Of a DNA stretch of 64,000 nt, positions 49,809-59,428 are shown piece by piece (the stretch's first letter is position 1; each line of letters opens with the position of its first letter). The translations under genes were made by a program, and so were the position numbers. The stretch spans positions 32,001 to 96,000 of the forward strand of contig JBGARZ010000014.1 in assembly GCA_044229975.1 (NCBI GenBank). The letters are read 5' to 3'. A model generated the notes under the pieces. It did no database searches. It had not been told where the DNA came from and saw nothing but the letters and a program-made list of their open reading frames with translations. This stretch comes from Polyangiales bacterium (lineage in GTDB: Bacteria > Myxococcota_A > Polyangia > Polyangiales > Ga0077539).

Positions 49809-52370
49809 ATGGGCCTCGTCGACCGGTTCGAACGCCTCCTCGACCGCATCATGCCCCCGCCCGACGAGGCGGTGCGCTCCCTCCGCCGGGGGCAGGCGCT
49901 CCTCGACCGCGGCGACATCCGCGCAGCCCTCTCCCTCGCCGACGAGGCACGTCGCGTCGCACCCGCGTGGCTGCCCGCGTGGGTGCTCCAAGCCGACGCG
50001 CTCGCGGCCGACGGTCGCGCCCCCGAAGCGCTCGCCGCGCTCGATGGCGCCGCGCTGGAGCGCGAGCTGCCCGCCGAGGTGCTCGGCCGGGTGATGGAGC
50101 TGTCCGTCGTCGTTGGCGACGTGTCCCGCGCCCGCGAGGTCGACCGCGCGTTGCAGGGCAGGGCGGTGCTCGACTCGCCGGGCCTCGCGGCGCGCTACCT
50201 GTCCGCGGCCCATCGCCTGGAGGCGCTCGGCGAGCCCGAGATGGCCAGTCGCTTCGCCCGCGCGGCCACGGTGCTCGACCCGGCGCGCACGGGTGCGTGG
50301 CTCGTGCTGGCTCGCGCGGCTGCGGCGTCCGACGACGGTCCGCGGGCGCGACGTCTGCTGGCGCGCGCGGTGTCGACGCTGGCCCCGAGCGACGGGCCGT
50401 CCAACCACGCCGCGGGCGCCCTCGCGTGGCGCCTCGACGACCGACCGCTCGCGGTGCGCTGCCTTCGCCGCGCGTGGGTCTGTGGCGAGGAGGGGGCCGC
50501 AGCGCTGCTCGTGGTGGCGCTCGCCGCCGCCGACGACGCTGCGGCCATGGAGCGCGTGACCCGCAGCCTCGACCTCGGCCTCGCGCGGGTGGTCGCGGTG
50601 CTCGGCGGGCTCGCTCGCGGTGCCCCCGGACCGAGCGCGGACGTGGCGGCGTGGGACGTTCCCGAGGCGCTCTGGCCCTACGCCATCGAGCTCGCCGTGA
50701 AGGCAGACATCGCGCTCGCGGCGCGCTGGGCGGGCGAGGCGCCCACCCGGATGCACAGCGCGGAGGTGCTCGCGCTGGAGTCGGCCGGCGAGGCCGCGGA
50801 ACGCGGCGAGGTCGAGCGCGTGGAGGCGTCACTCTCGTCGGCGCTGTCGTCGTCGGTCACCCGATCGCGCGCGGCGGCGACGCTCGCGCGGGCCTTCGCG
50901 GTGGCCTGGGGTGCCTCGGTCGACGCGCTGCTCGCGGGCCTCGCGGCGTGGCTTCAACCCTCCGACGTGCGCGAGACCGACGCGCTCGCGACCGCGGCCC
51001 GTGCGTTGAGGCGCTCGCTCGACGAGCCGCTGCGGGTCGCGCTGCTGGGGGAGTTCAGCGCGGGCAAGAGCAGCGTGGTCAACGCGTGGGTGGGGACGAC
51101 CATCTCCGCGGTCGGGGTGCTGCCCACCACGGCGCGGGTGTACTGGCTGCGGCAGGGCGCGGCGCGTCAGCGGGTCATCGACGCCCGCGGGGGACTGCGC
51201 GAAGGGCCGCTCGCTGCCCTGCCCGATGCGCTGCGCGCGGTCGAGGCGGAGGGCGGAGCCGTCGCGCACGTCGAGGTGTTTCATCCGGGCGAGGCGCTCG
51301 CGCACCTGGAGCTGCTCGACACGCCGGGCAGCAACGCCACCGACGGGGTCGACCCGGCCGTGACCCGTCACGCGCTCGACCTCGCCGACCTCGCGCTCTG
51401 GATCTTCGACGCGCGTCAGGCCGGCAAGCAGAGCGAGCTCGACGCGCTGCGAGCGGTCGGCGCCGCCGGGGTTCCGGTGCTGGGGGCCGTCAACAAGTCC
51501 GACGCGGTGGGTGAGGCGGGCGTGCGCGAAGTCACCGCCGCGCTCGGCGTCGCGCTGGGAGACGAGGCGCCGCTGCTCGGTGCCTTCAGCGCCCGCGCCG
51601 CGCTGGCCGACCGCGATACGCCCGAGTGGTCGCGCTTTCGCGACGCGATCGACGATCGGGTGATCGCGCGCGCCCCCGAGTGGAAGCGCCTGCGGGCGGC
51701 GGTGCGCCTCGTCTCGCTGCTGTCCACCGCGCGGCGTGCGCTGCGGTCCGCCGAAGCCGTCGAGACCACCCGGCGGGCGCGTGAGGCCCAGCTCGTAGAC
51801 GCCCTGCGCGCGCTGCGCGATGAGCTCGCCCTGCGCGCGGCGGCGGTGCGACGTGAGGTGGCCGTGCGGTTGCGCGAGCAGTGGATGGCGCTGCGCGGCG
51901 GCGCGTCGCTGTCCGACGAGGTGTTGCGTGACGTGGTGGCCGAGCTGGTGCACCTCAGCATCGGCCGCGAGCGCGCGGCGATGGACGAGCGCCGACGCGA
52001 GGTGGAGTCGCTCGCAGTGGAGGCGGGCGCCGTGCGCGCCGGCTTCGGGGCGGCGCTGACGGCGCCCATCGACGGGGTCATTCGCGCGGCGGTGGCGGAG
52101 GGCGTGCGCGACGCGCTCGACCAGGTGCTGCGGCCCTCGACGCTCGGTCAGGCGCCGGTCCTCGACCATCACGGCGGGGTTGACGTCGGGGACCCGTGGC
52201 GCGAGGTGACCGCCGCGCTCGACGCGGGGCGTTCGCCCAACGATCTCTCCCGCGTCACGCTCGGCGTCGCGTTGGAGGCCGCGCTCGCATGCGCGCTGAG
52301 GGCGTGCGGCGACCTCGCGCGGCGTGTCGGGGTCAAAGTTCCTGATGCAACGGTGGAGCCGACGGTCTAA
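49809..52370 (+). CDS. TPR-containing dynamin-like GTPase
   Basis: N-terminal helical TPR-like repeats. G-domain LRVALLGEFSAGKSSVVNA, VGVLPTT, LLDTPG, VNKSD. Helical C-terminus. Confidence 0.82.
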   Translation: MGLVDRFERLLDRIMPPPDEAVRSLRRGQALLDRGDIRAALSLADEARRVAPAWLPAWVLQADALAADGRAPEALAALDGAALERELPAEVLGRVMELSVVVGDVSRAREVDRALQGRAVLDSPGLAARYLSAAHRLEALGEPEMASRFARAATVLDPARTGAWLVLARAAAASDDGPRARRLLARAVSTLAPSDGPSNHAAGALAWRLDDRPLAVRCLRRAWVCGEEGAAALLVVALAAADDAAAMERVTRSLDLGLARVVAVLGGLARGAPGPSADVAAWDVPEALWPYAIELAVKADIALAARWAGEAPTRMHSAEVLALESAGEAAERGEVERVEASLSSALSSSVTRSRAAATLARAFAVAWGASVDALLAGLAAWLQPSDVRETDALATAARALRRSLDEPLRVALLGEFSAGKSSVVNAWVGTTISAVGVLPTTARVYWLRQGAARQRVIDARGGLREGPLAALPDALRAVEAEGGAVAHVEVFHPGEALAHLELLDTPGSNATDGVDPAVTRHALDLADLALWIFDARQAGKQSELDALRAVGAAGVPVLGAVNKSDAVGEAGVREVTAALGVALGDEAPLLGAFSARAALADRDTPEWSRFRDAIDDRVIARAPEWKRLRAAVRLVSLLSTARRALRSAEAVETTRRAREAQLVDALRALRDELALRAAAVRREVAVRLREQWMALRGGASLSDEVLRDVVAELVHLSIGRERAAMDERRREVESLAVEAGAVRAGFGAALTAPIDGVIRAAVAEGVRDALDQVLRPSTLGQAPVLDHHGGVDVGDPWREVTAALDAGRSPNDLSRVTLGVALEAALACALRACGDLARRVGVKVPDATVEPTV

Positions 52371-52445
52371 GATCGGCCGCCGCGCGGAGGTTGACCGAGC
52401 TCAGAGCCGGTTAGGGTCCAAGGTTCGCGTAAGGAGACACGGCGG

Positions 52446-53999
52446 ATGGAGATCAAGCTCGTTCAGGGATTGCAGCAGAAGCTGGTGATGACACCGCAGC
52501 TTCAGATGGCGATCAAGCTGCTGCAGCTCTCCCGCCTCGAGCTCATCGACGCGGTCCGCGAAGAGATGATGGGCAACCCCATCCTGGAGGACGGGGCCGA
52601 CGGCGGTGACCCGACCGAGCGCGCCGCCGAGCGGGCCGAGACGCCGACGGTCGATCAGGTGCAGGCCCTCGACGACCAGCGGCAACACCTTCCGACGAGT
52701 CAGGAAGACCGCGCCGCCATCTCCGAGACGTCGCAGGAGGACTACTGGGAGAAGTTCCTCGACGCGTACTCCAACCAGGCGCCGCTGCCGACGACGACCC
52801 GCGGGTCGAGCGAGGAGATGCCCTCCCTCGAAGCGACGCTCACCCGCCGCACCACCCTCAGCGATCACCTCGAACAGCAGATCAGGCTGTCGTCGTTTCG
52901 CGAACACGAGATCAAGTTCGCGATGCTCATCGTCCACAACCTGGACGACAGCGGGTACCTCAACCTCAGCGGCATCATGGTCGACGACGACGTCGAGGGC
53001 GAGGCGCCCAAGATTCGCGCCGCCGCCGAGACCGAGGCCGCTGGCCGCGCGCTCACCATCGAAGACCTCGCCGTGGAGGTCGGCCTCGACCCCGAAGACG
53101 CCGAGGAGGTGCTGCGGCTCATCCAGAGCCTCGACCCGGTGGGCGTGGCCGCGCGCGACCTGCGCGAGTGCCTGCTCCGTCAGGCCGAGCACTTCGGCTA
53201 CGACGCCGACAACGTGCTCTGGCAGGTGATCGACAAGCACCTCACCAACGTCGAGCGGCGTAACTTCCAGGCCATCGCCCGCGACCTGCACTGCGAGCTC
53301 ACGGACGTCTACGACGCGGCGAAGTTCATCAGCACGATGGAGCCTCGGCCGGGTCGCAACTTCTCCGCCGAGGAGCCGTCGTACATCACGCCCGACGTCT
53401 ACGTGCACAAGGTCGGCGACGACTACGTGGTGAGCACCAACGACGACGGCATGCCCAAGCTCAAGATCAACGAGCAGCAGGCCCGCTCGCTGATGAAAGA
53501 CCCGAAGGCCCGCGAGTTCGTGCAGGGCAAGCTGGCGTCGGCGAAGTGGTTCGTGCGCTCGCTCGACCAGCGGCAGAAGACCATCGTCAAGGTCACGCAG
53601 AGCATCGTCGAGAAGCAGCACGACTTCTTCGAGAAGGGCATCGAGTTCCTGAAGCCGATGATCCTGCGCGACGTGGCCGACGCGGTGGGCATGCACGAGA
53701 GCACCATCTCGCGCGTCACCACCAACAAGTACGTGCACACCCCGCGGGGCATCTTCGAGCTCAAGTACTTCTTCAACAGCTCCATCCGCCGCATCGCCGA
53801 AGAGGACATCGCGAGCGAGAGCGTGAAGCAGGCGATCAAGAAGATCGTGTCCGTCGAAGACCCGAAGGCCCCGTTCTCCGACGAGCAGATCGTCAAGGAA
53901 CTGGTCGGCCAGAAGATCGTCATCGCCCGCCGCACCGTGGCCAAGTACCGGGAGATGCTCGGCATCCTCTCCAGCGCCAAGCGCAAGCAGTACTACTGA
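52446..53999 (+). CDS. rpoN: RNA polymerase sigma-54 factor
   Basis: QKLVMTPQLQMAIKLLQLSRLEL, DPVGVAARDLRECL, YITPDV, LKPMILRDVA..HESTISR, FELKYFF, RpoN box ARRTVAKYRE. Confidence 0.98.
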   Translation: MEIKLVQGLQQKLVMTPQLQMAIKLLQLSRLELIDAVREEMMGNPILEDGADGGDPTERAAERAETPTVDQVQALDDQRQHLPTSQEDRAAISETSQEDYWEKFLDAYSNQAPLPTTTRGSSEEMPSLEATLTRRTTLSDHLEQQIRLSSFREHEIKFAMLIVHNLDDSGYLNLSGIMVDDDVEGEAPKIRAAAETEAAGRALTIEDLAVEVGLDPEDAEEVLRLIQSLDPVGVAARDLRECLLRQAEHFGYDADNVLWQVIDKHLTNVERRNFQAIARDLHCELTDVYDAAKFISTMEPRPGRNFSAEEPSYITPDVYVHKVGDDYVVSTNDDGMPKLKINEQQARSLMKDPKAREFVQGKLASAKWFVRSLDQRQKTIVKVTQSIVEKQHDFFEKGIEFLKPMILRDVADAVGMHESTISRVTTNKYVHTPRGIFELKYFFNSSIRRIAEEDIASESVKQAIKKIVSVEDPKAPFSDEQIVKELVGQKIVIARRTVAKYREMLGILSSAKRKQYY

Positions 54000-54190
54000 A
54001 ACCGCCGCGAGGCGGCCGTGTGCATTCGGTGAAAACAGGCACTACCCACGGCGGGCCGAAGGGAGTAAGTGTTGAGTGCCGTCGGCGGTTGCTCGCCCGC
54101 GCCGACGAATAGGCACTTTGGGGCTGAGCGTGGCGCAGGTTCGACGCAGCGGCCCATTGGCCCCTCGTCGCCTCGCCGATGGAGGACGTG

Positions 54191-54538
54191 ATGGGCATTG
54201 CGATCACCTTCAGGCATCTCTCGCCGAGCGATCCGCTCAAGGGGTACGTCCACGAGAAGCTCGAGCGGGTGCAGAAGTACCTGCGCCAGCCGCTCGATGC
54301 GCACGTGACGCTGTTCACCGAGCGACACCTGCACGTTGCCGAGGTCTCCCTCTCGTCGGAGGGCCGCCACTACCAGGCGCGCCACGACAGCGACGACATG
54401 TACAAGTCCATCGACCTCATGCTCGACAAGGTCGAGCACCAGATCTCGCGCCACCACGACTCGGCCACGCGCCACAAGAAGGGCAGCGAGGGCCTCCGCG
54501 CCGTCCCCCTCCCGGCCGAACCCGACGACGCCGACTGA
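54191..54538 (+). CDS. hpf: Ribosome hibernation promoting factor (short HPF/RaiA)
   Basis: ITFRH..YVHEKLERV..DMYKSIDLMLDKVEHQI. GGAGGA RBS. Follows rpoN. Confidence 0.92.
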   Translation: MGIAITFRHLSPSDPLKGYVHEKLERVQKYLRQPLDAHVTLFTERHLHVAEVSLSSEGRHYQARHDSDDMYKSIDLMLDKVEHQISRHHDSATRHKKGSEGLRAVPLPAEPDDAD

Positions 54539-54604
54539 TCGGCCGCGGCGCGTCACAGACGCTTTACACTGCTGACCCATTGGGGTTAATCCCGCGCATC
54601 CGTG

Positions 54605-55069
54605 ATGCGGTTCAGCGATCTCCTCACCCCCGCGCGCATCTCGACGACCCTCCGGGTCTCGTCGAAGGACGATGCCATCGAGGCGCTCGGCAAGCTGCTC
54701 ATCCAGGACTCTGAGCTCACCGACGAGTCGGTCGTCGTGCAGGTGCTGCGCGATCGCGAGAGCCTCGCCTCGACGGGCGTCGGCGATGAGGTCGCCATCC
54801 CCCACGGGCGGCTCCCCACCCTCACGCAAATCGTCGCGGCCATCGCCATCGCGCCCGACGGGGTCGACTTCGACTCCATCGACCGTCGGCCCGTTCGCAT
54901 CTTCGTCGCCGTGCTTGCGCCCGATCGCGCGCCGGGCGACCACCTCCGGGTGCTCGCGCGGGTCTCGCGCCTGCTCCGCGACGTGCGGGTGAGGGCCGAG
55001 CTCATCGCCGCCACAGACCCCGCGCAGGTGCTCGCGATCCTGCACGCCGAGGAGGCGCAGCTCCGCTGA
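54605..55069 (+). CDS. ptsN: PTS IIA-like nitrogen regulatory protein
   Basis: RESLASTGVGDEVAIPHG, GVDFDSIDRRPV, HLRVLARVSRLL. rpoN-hpf context. Confidence 0.93.
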   Translation: MRFSDLLTPARISTTLRVSSKDDAIEALGKLLIQDSELTDESVVVQVLRDRESLASTGVGDEVAIPHGRLPTLTQIVAAIAIAPDGVDFDSIDRRPVRIFVAVLAPDRAPGDHLRVLARVSRLLRDVRVRAELIAATDPAQVLAILHAEEAQLR

Positions 55070-55089
55070 GAGTGTGCTAGCCGTAGGGC

Positions 55090-56367
55090 ATGCAACCTCG
55101 TTGGGAGACGTTGGTCGCGGCCCTCGCCCTACAGGGGTCCGCGTGCTCCATGCAGCAGGCGCAGCAGACCATCGTGGTGGTCCAGGTCGAACCACCCGCG
55201 GCCCCGCGACAGGGAGCCGTGGTCTCCCTCGGCGAGGGGCCCGGTGACCTCACCGCCGTGCAGATCAACGCCGCGCTCGCGGGTCACGGCACCTGGAGCG
55301 ACTCGCCCACCTACGGTCGCGTGTGGCGCCCCGACGAGCGGCTCCTCAGCATCGGCGGGGTCGGCTTCAGCCCGTACGTGACGGGCGGGCAGTGGCTCGC
55401 CACCGACGGCGGCTGGTACTGGCAGAGCGACTACTCGTGGGGCCGCGTCGCGTTCCACTACGGTCGCTGGGTGCTCGACGGCGCTACGTGGTGGTGGGTG
55501 CCGGGGTCACGCTTCGCCCCCGCGTGGGTCGACTGGCGCGCCGGCAACGGCTGGGTCGCTTGGTCGCCCATGACGCCTCAGCGCGCGCGCGTCTGGTCTC
55601 CCTTCGTCTACTGCCCGCAGGCTGGTCTCGCGGGTGCTGGGTTGTTGGGGCGCGTCGTGCGGGGCGCCGCGGCGAGCTCCCTCTACGCGCGCACGACCGC
55701 GGTCGAGGCCGACGCTGGCACGCCACGCGGTCCCGCCGTCGATGCGCGATCGTTCGCCGTTGTGTCGATGAACCTGGCGTGGCGGGGCAACGGGTCCGAC
55801 CTGCGCTCCGCCCACTCCCCGCTCGTGGCCGCGACCGAGGCTGGCGTCGAACTCGTGTCGCCCATCCCCGAGGCGCTCGTCGACGATCCCGCGCCGGCGC
55901 CCTTCGAGGCAGCCAACAACGGCCCGGTGGCGCGCATCACCGACCGCGACCTCGTCGGCATGTCCGCAGGGCCCAGCGTTCGGCGGAGCGTCGCGCCCGC
56001 GTCGGCTTTACCCGATCGGGTATCCGAGTCCCGCGCGACGACCGTGGTCCTCCAGGCGCCCGCGCAGCCTCCGCGCGTCGCCGTCTCGACGCCGCCGCCG
56101 CTCCCGCCGCCGCCTGATGGCGTCGCGACGGGGCCGTGGTTCGGTGGGTACACCATGCGCGGTCCCGCGGCCTTTGCGTCGCGTCGCGGCGGCGCGATGC
56201 CCACCGGGGGAGGCGCGTCGGCCGTCGTCGTAGCGCCCTCGCAGGCGCCCGCTCTGCCCGTCGCGGCGACGTCCTCTGCGGTCGTCACGGGCGGCAGTGC
56301 CTGGCGCGGCGGCTCGCCTTCCGCAGCGTCCAGCGGCGTCGGCTCCATCGGGTTCACGCAGCGGTAG
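55090..56367 (+). CDS. DUF6600-like Trp-rich secreted protein with Pro/Ala-rich tail
   Basis: LAGHGTW..YGRVWRP..PYVTGGQW..GWYWQSDYSWG..FHYGRW..WWVPG..APAWVDWR..VAWSP. SAC lipobox-like signal. Confidence 0.78.
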   Translation: MQPRWETLVAALALQGSACSMQQAQQTIVVVQVEPPAAPRQGAVVSLGEGPGDLTAVQINAALAGHGTWSDSPTYGRVWRPDERLLSIGGVGFSPYVTGGQWLATDGGWYWQSDYSWGRVAFHYGRWVLDGATWWWVPGSRFAPAWVDWRAGNGWVAWSPMTPQRARVWSPFVYCPQAGLAGAGLLGRVVRGAAASSLYARTTAVEADAGTPRGPAVDARSFAVVSMNLAWRGNGSDLRSAHSPLVAATEAGVELVSPIPEALVDDPAPAPFEAANNGPVARITDRDLVGMSAGPSVRRSVAPASALPDRVSESRATTVVLQAPAQPPRVAVSTPPPLPPPPDGVATGPWFGGYTMRGPAAFASRRGGAMPTGGGASAVVVAPSQAPALPVAATSSAVVTGGSAWRGGSPSAASSGVGSIGFTQR

Positions 56368-56500
56368 CGCTGGTCACTGGAGCCCCACGAGGCGCGGGTC
56401 ATCGCTGAGGCTTGCGCGCGATCGAGCGTCAACGGTACCTATGGGTGCGCGTCGGCAGTGGTCGGCGCAGCGACGATTCTTCTCTTCTGCGAGGCGTGCG

Positions 56501-58330
56501 ATGAAGCGCAGGTACGGTCGACTCCCATGGCTCGCGGTGGTGGTGGCGGCGTGTTCGCCCACCGAAAACAACACCGTCATCATCGGGCCCGACGCGGGCG
56601 TTCGGCGTGACACGGGTGTCGGGCGCGACGGCGCTCCGCTGCGTCCCGATGGCTCGACCATCGTGTGTACGGCTGACACCGACGGCGACGGTCTCTCCGA
56701 CGCCATCGAGGGCGCGCCCACGCAGGACACCGACCGCGACGGCACGCCGGACTTCCGCGACAACGACTCGGACGGCGACGGCTTCACCGACGCGGACGAG
56801 GCGCGCCGTCAGTACCCCCGCTACGACAGCATGGTGCGAACGCTCACCTGCGGCGGCGCGGGCGACAACTGCGACGGCACCGATAGCGTTCCCAACCAGC
56901 GCGACTCCGACTCCGACGACGACGGGCTCACCGACCGCGAGGAGTTCATGGCGGGCACCAACCCGTGCAACCCCGACACGGACGGCGATGGCGCCACCGA
57001 CCTCATCGAGAGCGCGGCGATGTCCGACGGTCGCAACGCCGACATGCGCCCGCCGGAAAACTCCCTCTACGTCGTGCTGCCCCACTACCCGGCGCCGATG
57101 ATGGGGCCGCACGAGTTCCGCGAGTTCGGCTTCTCGACGCGCATCCGCCTGGCCGACGTGTTCTTCCTCGTCGACAACTCGGCCTCGATGCAGCCCATCA
57201 TCAACACGCTGCGCACCAACCTCGCCACCATCGTGCGGGGCGTGCAGATGGAGATCCCCGACGTGCGCGTGGGCGTCGGCTCCTTCGACAGCATGCCCTT
57301 CCTCCCCTGCGGACAACCCGGGATGCCCGGCGACTACACGCTCTGGATCCGCCAGGCGATCTCCCCCGACGTCTCGGCCTCGCAGCGCGCCTTCGACAAC
57401 ATGCGCACCATCGACACCGACACGGCGTCGCCGCTGCGTCCGCCCTTCGTCGGCGGCGACGGGCCCGAAAACCAGACCGAGGCCATCTACGAGGTCATCG
57501 CCGGCGGCGGATCACCCGGGCACGAGACCGACCCCGCGGCGCTCCGCTCCGTCCGCAACGCGCTCGACCCGATGGGCAATGGGTGGGTGCCCACCGTCGA
57601 CCCGGTGCGCGACTGCGGCGCCACCGCCGCCAACCCCCGCTACGGGTGGGGCTGCTTCGCCGAGGGCCGCGTCCCCATCGTCGTGCTCGCCTCCGACGCG
57701 CCCTGGTACGACGGGTGTTTCGCCAGCGACGCGGCGTCGTTCAACTCCGGCGGCCGCGGGCACAACTGCAACGATGTGGTCACCGCGCTCAACGCGCGCG
57801 GCGGGTTCTTCGTCGGCATCGACGTGGGCCCGAGCGGGTTCACGTATACCAACGCCCGCATCCTCGCGATGCGCACCAACACCATCGACGGCAGCGGCGC
57901 GCCCGTGGTGTTCAACCCCGGCGGATCGGTGGGCGCGGCCTCGGGGCAGATCGTCGACGCGGTCACCCGCCTCGCGGGCAGCTCGCGGCAGGACATCACC
58001 ACGCGCACCGTCGCCGACGCCTCGGCCACGGGCCTTCCCGCGGGGCGCACCACGGCGGAGTTCATCCGTGCGGTGGTTCCGCTGCGCGGCGAGCCCGACA
58101 TGCCCGAAGGGTATGCGCGCCGCGACACCACCACCTTCTACGGCGTGTCACCCACCACGCGCGTGATCTTCAACGTCGACTTCTATAACGACTTCGTGGA
58201 AGGCGGCGCGACGGCGACGCTCTTCCGGGCGACCATCGAGGTGCTCGGCCGCGGCGGAACGGTCGTCGACACGCGCCCGGTGTTCATCGTGGTGCCCGCG
58301 CGCGGCAGCGGCATCGGCGCGCCGGGCTGA
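56501..58330 (+). CDS. Lipoprotein with Ca-binding DxDxDG (TSP3-like) repeats and a beta-integrin-like VWA domain (CglD-like architecture)
   Basis: VAAC lipobox. DTDGDG/DTDRDG/DSDGDG/DSDDDG repeats. MIDAS DVFFLVDNSASM, RVGVGSF, GGDGPE..EAIY. Confidence 0.8.
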   Translation: MKRRYGRLPWLAVVVAACSPTENNTVIIGPDAGVRRDTGVGRDGAPLRPDGSTIVCTADTDGDGLSDAIEGAPTQDTDRDGTPDFRDNDSDGDGFTDADEARRQYPRYDSMVRTLTCGGAGDNCDGTDSVPNQRDSDSDDDGLTDREEFMAGTNPCNPDTDGDGATDLIESAAMSDGRNADMRPPENSLYVVLPHYPAPMMGPHEFREFGFSTRIRLADVFFLVDNSASMQPIINTLRTNLATIVRGVQMEIPDVRVGVGSFDSMPFLPCGQPGMPGDYTLWIRQAISPDVSASQRAFDNMRTIDTDTASPLRPPFVGGDGPENQTEAIYEVIAGGGSPGHETDPAALRSVRNALDPMGNGWVPTVDPVRDCGATAANPRYGWGCFAEGRVPIVVLASDAPWYDGCFASDAASFNSGGRGHNCNDVVTALNARGGFFVGIDVGPSGFTYTNARILAMRTNTIDGSGAPVVFNPGGSVGAASGQIVDAVTRLAGSSRQDITTRTVADASATGLPAGRTTAEFIRAVVPLRGEPDMPEGYARRDTTTFYGVSPTTRVIFNVDFYNDFVEGGATATLFRATIEVLGRGGTVVDTRPVFIVVPARGSGIGAPG

Positions 58331-58353
58331 CGCTCGGACCGACGAAGCGGGCT

Positions 58354-59265
58354 TCAGCCGTGGACGCGGTTGCGGCCCGCTCTTTTGGCGGTGAACACGA
58401 GCTCGTCGGCGCGGCGGTAGACCTCCATCGGGTCGGTGTCGGCGGGCAGCCGCGTGGACACTCCGAGGGAGATGGTGAGGGGCATCACGGCGCCCTCGAA
58501 CTCGAAGCGGTGCTTGGCCGTGAGCGAGCGGATCTTCTCCGCCGTCAGCCGCGCGCCCACGCCGTCGATCTCGGGGAGCAACACCGCGAACTCTTCGCCG
58601 CCCATGCGCCCGGCGACGTCGTCGCGGCGGAGGTTGACCTTGAGCAGCGAGGCGAACTGCCGGAGCGCCGCGTCGCCGGCGAGGTGGCCGTGGACGTCGT
58701 TGATCTTCTTGAAGTGGTCGATGTCGATGACCAGCAGCGAGAGCGGGCGCGTGTAGCGGGTGGAGCGGGAGAACTCCCGGTGCATCGCGTCTTCGAAGGC
58801 GCGGCGGTTGGGGAGGTTGGTGAGGCCGTCGGTGGTGACGAGGCGATAGATCTCCTCGTGGTAGGCCGACTCGATGTGCCCGCTCACCAGGAACTTCAGG
58901 ATGTTGCGACCGATCTGGATGTGGTCGCCGTGCTTGAGCTCGGAGGTCTCCACCGAGCGATCGTTGACGTAGGTGCCGTTGGTGCTGCCAAGGTCGGTGA
59001 TGCGCCAGGCCTCGGGCACGCCGTCGGCGAGCGTCGGGTCGATGCGACAGTGGCTGCGCGAGACGCTCTCCTCCTCGAACTGGAGATCGCTCTCCGCCGA
59101 GCGGCCGACGCCGAGGGGCATGGGGCCGAGGGAGATGCGGCGGCCGATGGACTCGCCGTACATCACCACCAGACACGCTTCACGCACCGCGGGCTCGCGG
59201 CTCGGGCGATCCCGCGAGCTGCTTACCTTGAACCTGCTGGTGTCGTTCAGGTCCGACGCCGCCAC
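58354..59265 (-). CDS. FHA-domain diguanylate cyclase
   Basis: FHA (VGR, SVSRSHC, DLGSTNGTYVN), TDGLTNLPNRR, DIDHFKKINDVHGHLAGD, I-site RRDD, active site GGEEF. Confidence 0.95.
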   Translation of the reverse strand: MAASDLNDTSRFKVSSSRDRPSREPAVREACLVVMYGESIGRRISLGPMPLGVGRSAESDLQFEEESVSRSHCRIDPTLADGVPEAWRITDLGSTNGTYVNDRSVETSELKHGDHIQIGRNILKFLVSGHIESAYHEEIYRLVTTDGLTNLPNRRAFEDAMHREFSRSTRYTRPLSLLVIDIDHFKKINDVHGHLAGDAALRQFASLLKVNLRRDDVAGRMGGEEFAVLLPEIDGVGARLTAEKIRSLTAKHRFEFEGAVMPLTISLGVSTRLPADTDPMEVYRRADELVFTAKRAGRNRVHG

Positions 59266-59428
59266 GATGCCGCAGTGTACCCATGATCCCGTTTGGGTAG
59301 CGAACTTCCCAACGATTCCATGGCGATCGCCCGTCGCCTCGCCCTGGAGGGCCTCGGACGCCTTCTGCGGGAGGCATGCCGCGAAGTTGACCGGGCTCCC
59401 CCGTCCTGGCTAACGGCCTCGACCCACG

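Noticed and set aside
48069..50756. 895-aa MurJ with a long N-terminal extension
   Set aside because: The extension is antisense to the TPR-dynamin gene. MurJ homology begins just after ATG 49715.
54030..54150. Sigma54 -24/-12 promoter for hpf
   Set aside because: GGCAC cores are present but none has GC at the required GG-N10-GC spacing.
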